From Eledone cirrhosa (lineage: Eukaryota), in assembly GCA_964016885.1 (NCBI GenBank), contig OZ024741.1, forward strand, positions 23,188,001-23,252,000: a stretch of 64,000 nt of DNA. The letters are read 5' to 3'. The notes under the pieces were generated by a model that worked only from the letters and a program-made list of their open reading frames with translations, made no database searches and was not told the origin of the DNA. The position numbers and the translations under genes were made by a program. Numbering within the stretch: the stretch's first letter is position 1; every line of letters starts with the position of its first letter. This document shows positions 25,840-41,487 of this stretch, in pieces.

Positions 25840-26076
25840 CCCCTTCATGACCACATTTGAAATACACTTTATTTCAATTAATTAATGAAGAATTTTGAGG
25901 GATTTACTAAAATTATTAATTATTTCATTACTAAGATAGTAACTTTTATAAAAAAAAAAAAAGGCCCTTTTATAAAATTATGTTGGAAGATTATAATGTA
26001 AATTGGAAACCTTTAAAATGGGTGGTTTTATTTGATAGAACCATAGCTGGTTTGGGCCAGATTGGTAACTAAAGGG
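25840..26076. mobile_element. piggyBac-like MITE (family 2)
   Basis: TTAA|CCC...AAAGGG|TTAA; an inverted homologue lies at 31244-31472. Confidence 0.8.
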
Positions 26077-26714
26077 TTAAAATAATCAATAATGGTGAGA
26101 AAAAAAAGCACAGAATTAGAAATATTTATCTTAACGGAAGATACTTTTATTAAGGATGTCTAGGATTAATTAATATAAAACAAATAAATGAAATATATGT
26201 ACAAAATGAGGTCTCTCTGACCTTTCTAGTCTTGGACCAGGACAATGTGTCCAACCCATGCCAGTAAATGTTTGCTAATGTATTGATCTATAAAATAGAT
26301 CTATACTTGTTTTGAGATTATAACTATGATTCTCCAAATATGAACATCATAAACATTTCAATTTTTCTTTAACCTCTTTGATACCAGTTTAATTACGAAA
26401 ACCTTAGTTACATTGATAAATCACTCTGAAATCTTTCAAAATTTGAAAAATTATTTGAAAATCATTTGGAATGTTAATTAGAAACAGTAATGAAAGAGTT
26501 AAAAAAAATAGACAAATAAACAAATAAAATAACTTTTACTTCATAAAAAAAAGAAATGGTAAGTATAGTGTTGAATCATACAACTATGACAATGACCTTC
26601 TCCAAGGAATTTAGAAGAATCATCATCATCATAATCGCCGTTTATAACAAATATTAGTATCACATGTCTCAGAGACTAAACTAAAGTTATTCTAGGTCAA
26701 TTCCCGCCGCCGCC

Positions 26715-27295
26715 GCCCAGGTCTCACTGCCCAAGTCTCACTGCCATGTAACATTGCTGTTCGTATGCAATCATCATACAGCCTGCCTTTCATTTTTAGT
26801 GAGAACCCTTTAGCGGCCAATAGTGGTATAAGCTCTCTGAACTTTAGCGGCCAATAGTGGTATAAGCTCTCTGAACTTTTTCCATCCCGTTCTGACTCTA
26901 GCTACTGTACTTTTGGGGCACCCTCCACCACTGCTGATTTTGTCACCCAGGTAACGGAAGGTGTTCACTATTTCTATAGAACCATCTGGGCAATGGAATG
27001 AGCTAGTATTCTGTGGGCACTTGCTGCTACTTATTGCATCAGAACACTGGCCACATATAAAATCTATATTCTTAGTTAGCTTACCTGTGATCCCACTACA
27101 TCTTTTATGCACCCATACTTTGAATTTGGGACATAAAATGGAGTTTCTGCCTACTCCTTTCCTACACACTGAGCATGGCCATTTCCCAGATGGGACTGGT
27201 GCCATATTTTCCTTCCTACAAACTAGAACTTTAGTCTTAGACAGGTTAATTTTAAGGCCTTTTGGTTCTAGGCCATGCTTCCATGTTTGGAATTT
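26715..27295 (-). mobile_element. RTE internal fragment (Cys/His finger region)
   Basis: Translates WPCSVCRKGVGRNSILC...FRYLGD. Contains a 37-bp tandem duplication at ~26808-26880. Confidence 0.9.
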
Positions 27296-27416
27296 ACAAA
27301 TATATAAACTTAACTTTTTCATTGCCATATTACGAATGAAATATGACTTAAATTGATGAATGAAGAAGTTGGAGGGGTTTAATAAAATTATTATATCACC
27401 ATGCACCTTCCCCACT

Positions 27417-27692
27417 CAAGCACCCAGTCCACACTGTAAAGTGGTCATGTAGGTGTCCCAACAAAAAGTGTCCAGTCCACACTGTAAAGTGGTCGTGTAG
27501 GTGTCATGACCAAAAGTGTCCAGTCCACACTGTAAAGTAGTTGTGTAGGTGTCACGACAAAAAGTATTCAGGCCACACTGAATGTGGTTGACATTATGAG
27601 TGAGACAGTTATCTAACCTGGCTTGTCTCACAACAGGACAACTCATCTAACCCATGCTAGCATAGCAAATGGACATTAAACGGTGATGATGA
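27417..27692 (+). mobile_element. RTE 3' UTR fragment with ~4 40-bp repeats
   Basis: Ends AACCCATGCTAGCATAG...GATGATGAT. Confidence 0.85.
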
Positions 27693-28044
27693 TTTCATTA
27701 TAAGCTAGTATTTCTAATATAACATCAAAGGTTCCCTCTATATCAAATTATTTTGGAAGATTTTAACTTAAATAGAAAAATGATTTAAGAAAATGGGTTG
27801 TTTTGGTTCATAGAACTAGAGGCAGTTTTCATGGGTTGGTATCACAAGAATCAAATGATTGTTTTCTTTTTATGTCTTACACTAACTGTGTATGACTGTC
27901 TGTTTATTAACTGATAATGAACTAATGACAGAATTGTCAGGAATTTAATAGTTCCAGGCAATAAATTAATGAATCACTATTTTAGTGTTCTAAATAATTT
28001 AATCAATATGCATTTATATTGTACCAATGAAATAAAGCTAAATA

Positions 28045-28968
28045 CAGCCAGCTGTATTTCAGCTATAGAGCCAACTCTATTTCAGCTATAGAGCCAGCTA
28101 TAGAGCCAGCTATAGAGCCAGCTATAGAGCCAGCTCTAGAGCCAGCTCTATTCCAGCTATAGAACCAGCTCTATTCCAGCTATAGAACCAGCTCTATTCC
28201 AGCTATAGAGCCAGCTCTATTCCAGCTATAGAGCCAGCTCTATTCCAGCTATAGAGCCAGCTCTATTCCAGCTATAGAGCCAGCTCTATTCCAGCTATAG
28301 AGCCAGCTCTATTCCAGCTATAGAGCCAGCTCTATTTCAGCTATAGAGCCAGCTCTATTTCAGCTATAGAGCCAGCTCTATTTCAGCTATAGAGCCAGCT
28401 CTATTTCAGCTATAGAGCCAGCTCTATTTCAGCTATAGAGCCAGCTCTATTTCAGCTATAGAGCCAGCTCTATTTCAGCTATAGAGCCAGCTCTATTTCA
28501 GCTATAGAGCCAGCTCTATTTCAGCTATAGAGCCAGCTCTATTTCAGCTATAGAGCCAGCTCTATTTCAGCTATAGAGCCAGCTCTATTTCAGCTATAGA
28601 GCCAGCTCTATTTCAGCTATAGAGCCAGCTCTATTTCAGCTATAGAGCCAGCTCTATTTCAGCTATAGAGCCAGCTCTATTTCAGCTATAGAGCCAGCTC
28701 TATTTCAGCTATAGAGCCAGCTCTATTTCAGCTATAGAGCCAGCTCTATTTCAGCTATAGAGCCAGCTCTATTTCAGCTATAGAGCCAGCTCTATTTCAG
28801 CTATAGAGCCAGCTCTATTTCAGCTATAGAGCCAGCTCTATTTCAGCTATAGAGCCAGCTCTATTTCAGCTATAGAGCCAGCTCTATTTCAGTGAAAGAA
28901 CCTGCTCTATTTCAATGAAAGAACCTGCTCTATTTCAATGAAAGAACCTGCTCTATTTCAGCTATTTC
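28045..28968. repeat. 23-bp minisatellite with an internal hairpin (AGCTATAGAGCCAGCTCTATTTC)
   Basis: About 35 contiguous units with no spacers. ATAGAGC-CA-GCTCTAT is an inverted repeat. Confidence 0.95.
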
Positions 28969-29140
28969 ATGAGTCTAACATGTTCAGTATATGTTTTTTG
29001 AAATATTAATAAAGTTATTAGTTGATACTGTTGAGATGTTATACAGAAAACTGCTTTAGGAGAAATTATATTTCATAGTTTAAGTTGGATTCATAAAAAT
29101 GTTCTTACAAAAATGCTTCAAATTCTATATAATATAATTA

Positions 29141-29240
29141 AGGCGATGGTGTGTGGTCTGGTGGTTAGATCATGAGTTTGATTCCCAGATCGGGTGTCAC
29201 ATTGTGTTCTTGAGAAAGACACTTCATTTCATGTTGCTTT
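29141..29240 (+). mobile_element. SINE head fragment (family of 2305-2560)
   Basis: GGTGTGTGGTCTGGTGG...GTGTTCTTGAGAAAGACACTTCATTTC. Confidence 0.65.
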
Positions 29241-29329
29241 TCATTAAAACACCAAAGAAAGCTCCTACAACTAAACCTACATAGGTGTTAGCTGTAATTA
29301 ACTAAATATAATTAAGAACACCAAGATAG

Positions 29330-30135
29330 TGATTGTGTACTGCAGTATAACTATGTTTATGGATCAATAATTAAAGAGGGATCAAAGCTCATAGAATTCA
29401 GTGAAGCAAATGACATAACCATTTGGAACACTAAGTTCAGGAAACTGGTCAACCATTTGATCACCTACCAATCAGAGGAGCATGCAAGCCAGATTGACTT
29501 CATGCTTCTTAGAAAATGGAATAGAGAGATGGTTATGAAAACTAAGTCTTTTCCCAAAGAAGACTGCACCATACAACACAGAAATTAGTGACATCAGAAA
29601 CAGACAAAATCAGGAAGCCAGGACAACCTGGAGAAGGAGGGTGCAGAAGATAAAGGACTTCTCTGTTAAATATGAGTTTGGAAAAGCTTTACATGATATA
29701 TAAAATGAGAGGGAGGAAGAGATAGATACATATGACAGAGGCAAATGGGAAGTTTCTACAGGACAACCTACTTCAGGTTACTGTTGAGACCAGTAGTTGT
29801 AACAAGGCTCCAGCCAAATGAATGACTTAGAGGTGGAACAGTGTTGTAGTTAGAGCCATTGAAGCTAAGAAAAAGGCATAAAAAACTGGGAAGAACAAAG
29901 AGCAAGTTTACATCGCATGTAAAGGGAAAGAAGTTTGACACTGCTATGACATTAGATCAACAGCGTAAGGTTTTCTGCATTGCAAAGTAGTGTGTCAGTA
30001 TAAATCAGATTGTCGTTGAGGAGAAGTGGATTTAAAAGGACTCCAGCACTTTTAATCCCGTTTATGCTCAGAAGAGACCTGGGAATTCTACTATAAGAGG
30101 TTGATGAATATGAAGAATGAATGGAAGGCAGCAGG
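29330..30135 (+). mobile_element. Decayed RTE fragment (APE C-terminus/linker)
   Basis: Remnants of HLITYQSEEHASQIDF with many stops. Confidence 0.75.
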
Positions 30136-30578
30136 ACTACGCCATCTTGTCACCCAGGACCCAAAGGTGGAGGGTAAGTTAGTTGTAGGTGGAGGATACT
30201 TGTTCGGGCATCACTTTCTATTTCTTTAAAAATCACTTCAAAGGTCTAAGTAAGAATAAATACGACATCCATTTTGGCTCCTTTCCAATAAACATTTCGA
30301 AATTTCAAGTAATTACATAACTTGGTGTACATGTAGTCTATTCTTAAGATTGATATTAAATATCAAATGAATCATTCCCATCTACAGGGATGCAGCAGAA
30401 CACAAGACAACACTGTCTTGCACTAATTTATTGCCGTCAACATAAACATTATCTAAACTAGTGAAGAAACTAAACTTTATAAAGAATTTATTTTCCCAAT
30501 TGTTTTGTATATAAAGGTAATAAATATAGCTAAGCTATTTGAATCAGGCAAAAATGAACCTTGACAAGATTTCAATTT

Positions 30579-30933
30579 AGAAATATAAGGCAGATATGAT
30601 ACAGAAATGTAAGGCAGATACGATACAGAAATGTAAGGCAGATACGATACAGAAATGTAAGGCAGATACGATACAGAAATGTAAGGCAGATACGATACAG
30701 AAATGTAAGGCAGATACGATACAGAAATGTAAGGCAGATACGATACAGAAATGTAAGGCAGATACGATACAGAAATGTAAGGCAGATACGATACAGAAAT
30801 GTAAGGCAGATACGATACAGAAATGTAAGGCAGATATGATACAGAAATGTAAGGCAGATATGATACAGAAATGTAAGGCAGATATGATACAGAAATGTAA
30901 GGCAGATATGATACAGAAATGTAAGGCAGATAC
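30579..30933. repeat. 24-bp minisatellite (GATACAGAAATGTAAGGCAGATAY)
   Basis: About 14-15 tandem units. Confidence 0.95.
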
Positions 30934-31243
30934 AATGCAATAAAGAATCTATTCTGGTACAGCATTGTTGTACATACCAGACTTTAACATATTGCATACT
31001 AAAATGTCTGAAGAGAAAATTGTATTAGGTTACTGTTTGTTTGTAAAACACAAGAGACCACTGTCAAGGATGCTATTATATCGCTGATGATGATGGTATT
31101 GATGATAATTGGAAGGAAATCCAATACCATTAAATGCTCAGTGTTTTTGTTTCTATTAGATATATATATATATAACATCTGTAGACATAATTAAAATTAA
31201 AGTTTAGCAGGAATGTCATTAAAAAGAGCAGCTAATGTTTTAA

Positions 31244-31472
31244 CCCTTAGTTACCAACCCAGCCAAAACTAGCTCCAGTTCTATGAAATAAAACCACCCA
31301 TTTTAAAGGATTCCAATTTAAATTAAAATCTATTTTATAATAATTCTATATAAGAACCTTACATTAAGTTACTATCTTAGTAATAAAATAATCAATAATT
31401 TTAGTAAATGCCTCAAAATTCTTCATTAATTAAAATATAGTGTATTTCATTAGAAATGTGATCATGAAAGGG
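31244..31472. mobile_element. piggyBac-like MITE (family 2)
   Basis: TTAA|CCCTTAG...GAAAGGG|TTAA. Confidence 0.8.
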
Positions 31473-32428
31473 TTAAGGGAATTATTCCTTCTAAAGCAAG
31501 TATTAGTCTCACAGTAAAATTTCATAATCATTACGGGATCCTTTTTTGAGGTAATGTGAATGTCATTAAAAATAAGACTACTAAAATAGAATATTAATAT
31601 CATACAAGAGAAATATTAAAAGGATATTTATGTCCAAGTGCTTCCTGTAATCATTTGGCATCTAAAAACATAATATGAAGTCAAGCACAGCAAGTCAGCA
31701 TGTTAGAATTTATCTCTTTGCTAAAAACCAGGAAATCTGAATTCAACAACAGCAAGCTAATGAAGATCTGACAAGTTCCACAATATTGATTTGTACCTAC
31801 TTATAAGTACCTATTTATACTGAACAGGCTGAGTTGTCTAAGAATTAGGTGCTTGACCAAAAGACAGCTCATAGTGATGGTGAGTGAATTCAAACTACAG
31901 CCCCCTAAATTGATAGTTTGCAAATCTATCAACTCACCCCACCCCCTAAATTTGATAGTCTGAGAATCTATCATCTCCCCCACCCCATATTTGATTGTTT
32001 GAGAATCTATCAGCTCCCCCACCCCCATATTTGGTTGTCAGTGAATCTATCATCTTCCCAACCCCCATCCCTAGATTTGGTTGTCTGAGAATCTATCAGC
32101 TCAACCAGTTCTCTGGAATTTGACGTTTGATAAAAATGTTAAGAATTTAAACATTGTAGATTAAGGAGATTGGTTTAATCAGAGTTGTCACAAGCATTAT
32201 CATCTAAATAGATGGTAATATGAAGAAGCTCAGTTTTAAGTTTGGCAAACTGTAGAATTTGAGGAACCGAGTAATATTCTGTTTTGAGAAAAAAACAATT
32301 CAAATAATTATTGATATCATAATTGATTATATATTGAATCATGAAATCAGAATCCCATAAAATGTTTTTCAGATTAGGAGCTTACAAAGAAATTATGGAG
32401 CAACTAGTTGACCAGTGCCATCAATAAT

Positions 32429-32607
32429 TGTTTCTACTTTTGGCACAAGGCCAGCAATTACCCAGTGCATTACTGGTACTTTATTTTATCGACCCCGTAA
32501 GGATGAAAGGCAAAGTTAACCTCGGCGGGGTTTGAACTCAGATCATAAAGGGACGTAACTATGCTTCAAAGCATGGTGTCCGACTCTCTACCGATACTGC
32601 CAATCCC
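32429..32607 (-). mobile_element. Meta-like SINE with a 17-bp TSD
   Basis: CCAGTGCCATCAATAAT at 32412-32428 and 32608-32624. Confidence 0.92.
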
Positions 32608-32675
32608 CCAGTGCCATCAATAATGGCAGCAATAAATAACATGGAAACTATTTTATTTTTGGAATCCAGATAGAG

Positions 32676-33506
32676 TATATCATATATACCAGGATTACTA
32701 GATATATAGGGAGGGTATGTCATATATACCAGGATTACTAGATATATAGGGAGGGCATGTCATATATACCAGGATTACTAGATATATAGGGAGGGCATGT
32801 CATATATACCAGGATTACTAGATATATAGGTGAGGTATGTCATATATACCAGGATTACTAGATATATAGGGAGGGTATGTCATATATACCAGGATTACTA
32901 GATATATAGGGAGGGCATGTCATATATACCAGGATTACTAGATATATAGGGAGGGCATGTCATATATACCAGGATTACTAGATATATAGGTGAGGTATGT
33001 CATATATACCAGGATTACTAGATATATAGGGAGGGCATGTCATATATACCAGGGTTACTAGATATATAGGTGAGGTATGTCATATATACCAGGATTACTA
33101 GATATATAGGTGAGGCATGTCATATATACCAGGGTTACTAGATATATAGGTGAGGTATGTCATATATACCAGGTTTACTAGATATATAGGGAGGGCATGT
33201 CATATATCAGGATTACTAGATATATAGGTGAGGTATGTCATATATACCAGGATTACTAGATATATAGGGAGGGTATGTCATATATACCAGGATTACTAGA
33301 TATATAGGTGAGGTATGTCATATATACCAGGATTATTAGATATATAGGGAGGGTATGTCATATATACCAGGATTACTAGATATATAGGGAGATTATGTCA
33401 TATATACCAGGGTTACTAGATATATAGGTGAGGTATGCCATATATACCAGGATTACTTGATATATAGGGAGGGTATGTCATATATACCAGAGTTACTGGA
33501 TATATG
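32676..33506. repeat. 40-bp minisatellite (CATATATACCAGGATTACTAGATATATAGGGAGGGYATGT)
   Basis: Period is 40 bp; about 21 units. Confidence 0.95.
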
Positions 33507-33945
33507 AACAATCATACAAACTAGAAAATGTACCTCTTCAGGAATTAATGGTTTGCATAAGAGAATCCCTATAGAAATGATTATTATAGATATTTTAGTC
33601 ATTTATTTCTAGGATATAATTACATAAATGTTGAGTATATATACAAATCGCAGGATTAAGTATATAACATTGGAGAAATAGCTAATTACAAAGACAAATG
33701 TAAGGTTAGAACCCGGGACCTTGTGAGCGGAAAGTAAAGTTCTTGTAGCAACATGACTGAGATAGGAAATACATTTTATGTATGTTTATAGAGAGTTAAA
33801 GAGTTGCAGACAGAGATAGATATACAAACACACGTGGCATGTTATGATGGTAGATTGGACAAAAACAAAGAAGTTATCTATTGACTCACTCATCCATCCC
33901 ATGCAAAGATGGACAAATATAGATGTTACCTTTAAAATAATAATA

Positions 33946-34255
33946 CAGTGGAACCTTGGTTCACAAACAATGTTTCCAAACATAAAACATCTCAGATGAC
34001 AAAGAAGTGTCTTGAGTAACAAACATACAAACTGGCAACAACAGTTGGTGACAAGCTGAGAGTATTGGTGGGAAAGTATGGCTGTGTAGTTAGTTACTAT
34101 GGTGATATCCGTCTTTCACACACATTCTCTCTTTCTCTCTCTCACTGTACTTCTCTCTCAACGTTTCATGTAGGAAAAATAGTTTTGGTTTACAAACATT
34201 CAGATGACAAACAACTACCAGACATGAATTAAGTTTGTGAACTGAGGTTCCACTA
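33946..34255. mobile_element. Tigger/pogo-like MITE
   Basis: TA|CAGTGGAACCTTGGTTCACAAAC ... GTTTGTGAACTGAGGTTCCACT. Confidence 0.8.
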
Positions 34256-34512
34256 ATACCAAATTCATTTAAACTCTTTATCTCTTAAGATTCGACCAGT
34301 TCAGAATATATTTTTTAACTGATTATTATCCCAAAAGAATATAATTAATGATATATGTTTAAAATCTTAATATTGGTAACCATTACATTTTATAAGCTGA
34401 TATTGGTAAACAATTGTGTCTATTTTTATTATGAATTAATGTACTACATAAAGATTTGCTAAATTCTGAAAAATCTCTTTTTAATTCAGGCTAATATGTT
34501 CTGAGTTAACTT

Positions 34513-34890
34513 TTCTAGAACAGATGTCACAATAACACCAGATATCTCTAGAACAGATGGCACACCAGACTTCTCTAGAACAGATGTCACAATAACACAC
34601 CAGACTTCTCTAGAACAGAAGTCACAATAACACACCAGACTTCTCTAGAACAGAAGTCACAATAACACTAGATATCTCTAGAACAGAAGTCACAATAACA
34701 CTAGATATCTCTAGAACAGATGTCTCGCCAGACCTCTCTAGAAAGGATGTCACAATAACACACCAGACTTCTCTATAACAGAAGTCACAATAACACAGAC
34801 TTCTCTAGAACAGAAGTCACAATAACACACCAGATATCTCTAGAACAGATGCCACGCCAGACCTCTCTAGAGCTGGTGTCACAATAACAC
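34513..34890. repeat. ~34-bp degenerate minisatellite
   Basis: CTCTAGAACAGAWGTCACAATAACACACCAGACTT units. Confidence 0.85.
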
Positions 34891-35585
34891 TGAGTTCATT
34901 CCATTACAGTAGTTGGTGACAGGAAGAAAATAGTTTATAACAAGTTATGAGGACCTAAGTCTCATATGGCTTAACCATTTTCTTACCAGACTTCTAAAGA
35001 AATACTTTGTATCTTAATTAATTAATGAAGAATTTGGGAAGGATTTATGAAATTATTTGCCTTTCATTGATTTAATGTCAATAAAAAAAAGTACCAGTCT
35101 AGTCCTGGGGTCGATTCTCACTTCCAATCTCTCATTCTCAACCCTTGTCTGGAAGAAATCTATTGCAATCAGACCTGGAGAGGATTGGGCTCTGCCAGGT
35201 TTTAATATGGTGCCCCCAAGACTCCCCCAGGAGTTACAGGACCAAGCTTGCATACAATTTCATCAGGATGACATTTGTAATATGATTAAATGTTCTTGTA
35301 TAAAATTATATTGGAAAGTTATAATTTAAGTAGGAATCCTTTAAAATGGGTTTTGTTTCATAGAATCAGAAGCAGTTTTTGGCAAGTTGGCATTAAATAG
35401 TTAAAAACAGAAACTATATATACACACACTCACAGAGAGAGAGACAAACCACACACATATACAATCAGAGATATTTAGACACCATCACAATGTATAAACC
35501 ATTCCACCAACATATACACAGATATGTACAATAAATTTATAATAACACTCATGTCCCTCTATTTTCTAATCTCTGAACGTTTGTA

Positions 35586-35620
35586 TTCTTGATGAAGGAC
35601 TAACATCCGATATGTCAAAC
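35586..35620 (+). ncRNA. Degenerate minimal hammerhead motif in a PLE-like tail
   Basis: TTGATGA-a-GGA-ctaaca-TCC-GATAT-GTC. Confidence 0.4.
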
Positions 35621-36357
35621 TTTTTTTCTCTATATCATCCAAAAAGTGAAACTTAAGACATTGTTTTTCTATCTCTGTGTTTGTAATTTTTTTAATTATA
35701 TATATATGTGTGTGTTGAATAATGAAAATAAAACAAAAGTTGAAAATAGGTTTAATTAGTTCATTGTTTTACAATCATTTCAGAGGGTTGATTGATCATG
35801 GTAGATTGTTATATTGACTACTGGGTAGTTGTTATGCCACCACATATTTCTAGTTTCAATATCGTTAACCAATAATAATTACTAAAGTTACATATTCAAA
35901 CTATTCTTAGCTGCTCTCTATATGTTTAAATCCTTAAAGATATAGTTTCAGTTTACACGATGCCTTAGTTTTCAGCCAGTAGTATCTCAGGCTATGTCTA
36001 AATTCACTGGAATCGTGTCAACACAATGACATATATTGCTTCAGATAATTTTCTTAACAGTAATATTTTGAATCTTAGTAATGTTAAATAAAATTTATGT
36101 TATATGTAAAGTAAATATGAGTAAAATATATCTATAGGAATGTTACTTTGAAACTACTTTTAAACTTGATTAAATGATTTTAGAAAAAGAAAGCAAAACT
36201 ACATTTATTTATCATGAAAGGAGATTAAACAAATATTGTTATAAAGTTTGAAATATTCTGACAAGGTATAACAATCTCCTAAAATAAAATCTTTAAAAAT
36301 TGCTTAAATTTTTAAAGAGAGAGGGAAAAAAAAGGAAAAAAAAAAATCACTTCTTTA

Positions 36358-36814
<457 letters not shown>

Positions 36815-37374
36815 CTATGGAAAGAAAATAAACAAAGAGATATTTTTAAAAGCAAATATATAACAAAGAAGAAAAATATATTTTAAAATAGAAATGAATT
36901 TTTTTAATGAAAAATTAAATTAAAAGTTCATTATTGTGTATTATTCATTTTAATTCATTAAGATTTGTTAAACTAGAAAGAAAAATGCAAAATAAATTCA
37001 TTGCTACATTGTACAGTAATAAAAGTTATTAAAACAAGTATTCAAGAGTAATTAATAACTATCTTAATTGCTAATTATAATTAATGGGAAAGTAATATTT
37101 TGAAATAAAAGTTAATAATTGTTTCTACTTTTTGCACAAGGCCAGCAATTACTCAGTGCATTACTGGTACTTTATTTTATCGACCCCGTAAGGATGAAAG
37201 GCAAAGTTGAAACATAAAAATAGTAAAACAAATCATTTCAATTAACTCTTTTAATGATTGCAGGGCTTTTACCATTCTGAAGCATATATACAATTATATA
37301 TGCAACTATATAATGCATTCTGAAATATATACACAATTATACATACACAAATATATAATGCATTCTGAAATATA

Positions 37375-38912
<1,538 letters not shown>

Positions 38913-39108
38913 ATACCAAAGTAAAACAATTGTAAACAGTGTTTTGGTGTGACGCCAAGTTCGATCTTTAAAACTTATTTCCCGAAAGACATGTCTCAAC
39001 TTAAATCTCTGTCAATTAATGTAAATAAGTCGAATTAATTGTTTCGGGGTGAACATCAAAAACATTCTTTATTAATGCACTTGTTAAGGAATATTTGAGT
39101 AGATGAAA

Positions 39109-39178
<70 letters not shown>

Positions 39179-40575
39179 CATACACAGGGTGTATACCCAA
39201 AAATGTATACACGCTTTGATTACGTGTACAGGTAATATTTATTAGAATGCACAGCCTTTCCCAGAAATAAAATGATCTACAGACATAATTCAATTGTATG
39301 TAAACACCCCAAAATGTTTATATAATTTAAATAATGCATATAAAACAGATTTTATTTTAATGCATTTTTTAAAGATGTGTATACATATATATCTCAAACA
39401 AAGCCCTATCATTTATGAATAAGACGAAATAGTAGGAGCCTTCCATTGAGTGTTAAAAAATTAAGGCAAGTGAATTAGATACTGTTGGGAATTGAAACTG
39501 GAACCAAGACCAGGTTTATTGATTTTTATTCCTTAGATTCCTGGGAGGTGGTGAAAATGGAGCAGTAGCAGCTTAGATTTTTTAGGGACCCTAACTCCCA
39601 GAGGTTCTGAGAATCAAAATTAAGTGGAAATGAAATAAAGATTTTAAGACCACTGAAATATTTTGGAAGAAAAATGTATGGTCGTGATGTTTATGCCTTT
39701 CCTAAAGGTAAACAAAATATGTGTGTGAAATACAGGAAACCTGACTGAGTTTGGATTGCCATGAGTTTACCTTCGGCACTTATACAACCAGTAAACACTT
39801 AAAATATAGAGACATTTTCTTAAAAGTCTGAAGAATTTCAGTGTTGAAATAAAATCTGGGGGCTGATGAAGATTATTCACTCCCTCTTTGCTTTAACATT
39901 CAATAGATAAATGTTTGAGAAGTCATAACAATATTCAATTAGTTGAAATGTTTTGAGTATCTTGCAGACGTGTCATTGTAAAGATGAGAAAATTTGTAAA
40001 AATAAAGGAATAGAAATATATATTTATATTGAAAGAGAAAAAGCGTCGCCTGTCTAGACGACAGAATTAAGGAAGTTATAAAGATTCGTGTCAATAATCA
40101 GAGGAAGTGAGATAAGGAGGAAAAGTAAATAAAAAAAAAAGGTCTTGAATTACAAAGAATTCTCCGCCAAGTCGGAAAGACGGGTGTCAGTTTAAGGAGG
40201 GAACACCGTGAGGTGGGGGTGGTTGTTGTGGTGGGTGTCTCTGGTCATTCTCCATGGTAATACTGTTTTGTCCGCGGGGCACGGCTATGGAACAGCCCAG
40301 ACTGGGGTATTATATCTGTCCCTCCCCTCTCCCTTTCTTTCATTGCCTGATCCTTCTTTTTCTCCTTCCCTGTTCCCTTTAATACTGTGTTTTGTTTTTA
40401 TTAGATACTGCTCAATTATTTTATATAATATCAATAGCTTTTCATGACATTGTGAGATTTTGAATATTGAATAAATAAATCTATTCTGAAAATAAAAAAG
40501 GACATTCTTAAAGAGATTCTGAACTAATTGAACCCACAAAAAACAAAAAAAAAACAATCGCAGAGGAATAGCACA

Positions 40576-40623
<48 letters not shown>

Positions 40624-41164
40624 TATACTTACATAGATGTGTGCGTGTATAAAGCCGATGCTAGGGAGAGATGAAATTATAAAAATACGGGTATATCTAA
40701 AGAGGGCGGGTATGAAAGCCAACAGCTTAAAGGTTGTGAGTTTAATAGAATCATAACAAAGTTTACTCACTCTCCATGGTAGGTACACGTGAATGTGGCT
40801 TATATCATTCACATTAAAAGGGATTTTAGGGAGTTAGGTGTAATATTATGAAGGGAATTACAATATTTCGTATCTAAACTGTTCTACATCAGATCGAAAT
40901 AGAACAAAGACAAGTCGCTTATTCAGAGAAATAAAAAAAATTACTGAAGGGAGTAGACCAGCCCCACTTCACGAAACATTAACTGAATAACAACAAAAAT
41001 AATGATAATAACAATAGACACACGATATTTATATATTTTACGGCAGTTTCTTTTGTTTTGTCCAGTTTAAGGTATAAGCCTCTTATGCAAACTTAACTCA
41101 AAACATGAATCTATCATACAATCTAGTAGTTTACAAAATGTTTGTATCTGTCGCCCCAAAATGA

Positions 41165-41229
<65 letters not shown>

Positions 41230-41487
41230 ATATATATATATGTGTGGGTGTGTGTAGTTGATGACCGAGAGAAAAGAGTACTCAATACCGAAGTAGAGTT
41301 TAAATATTCATGTTATTATCAAGCAGGTGTAACTCCAGAGTAAACAAGACTCCCTATTGAGCCTTAATAAAATTTTATATATATATATATGTGTGTGTGT
41401 GTGTATGTATATATATATATTTGTGTGTGTGTGTATGTATATATATTTGTGTGTGTGTATCGTGAGAAATAAAAGTTTGTCAATTAC

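Noticed and set aside
28045-28968. CRISPR-like palindromic repeats
   Set aside because: No unique spacers, no cas genes, and a eukaryotic context.
38955-39005. HHR-like AAGTT...GAAAG-ACATGT-CTC-AACTT
   Set aside because: Stems I and III fit, but there is no CUGANGA-like core.
39825-39865. CTGAAGA followed by a 6-bp hairpin
   Set aside because: GAAA and stem III are absent; the region may instead be a decayed Tc1/mariner remnant, which I could not confirm.
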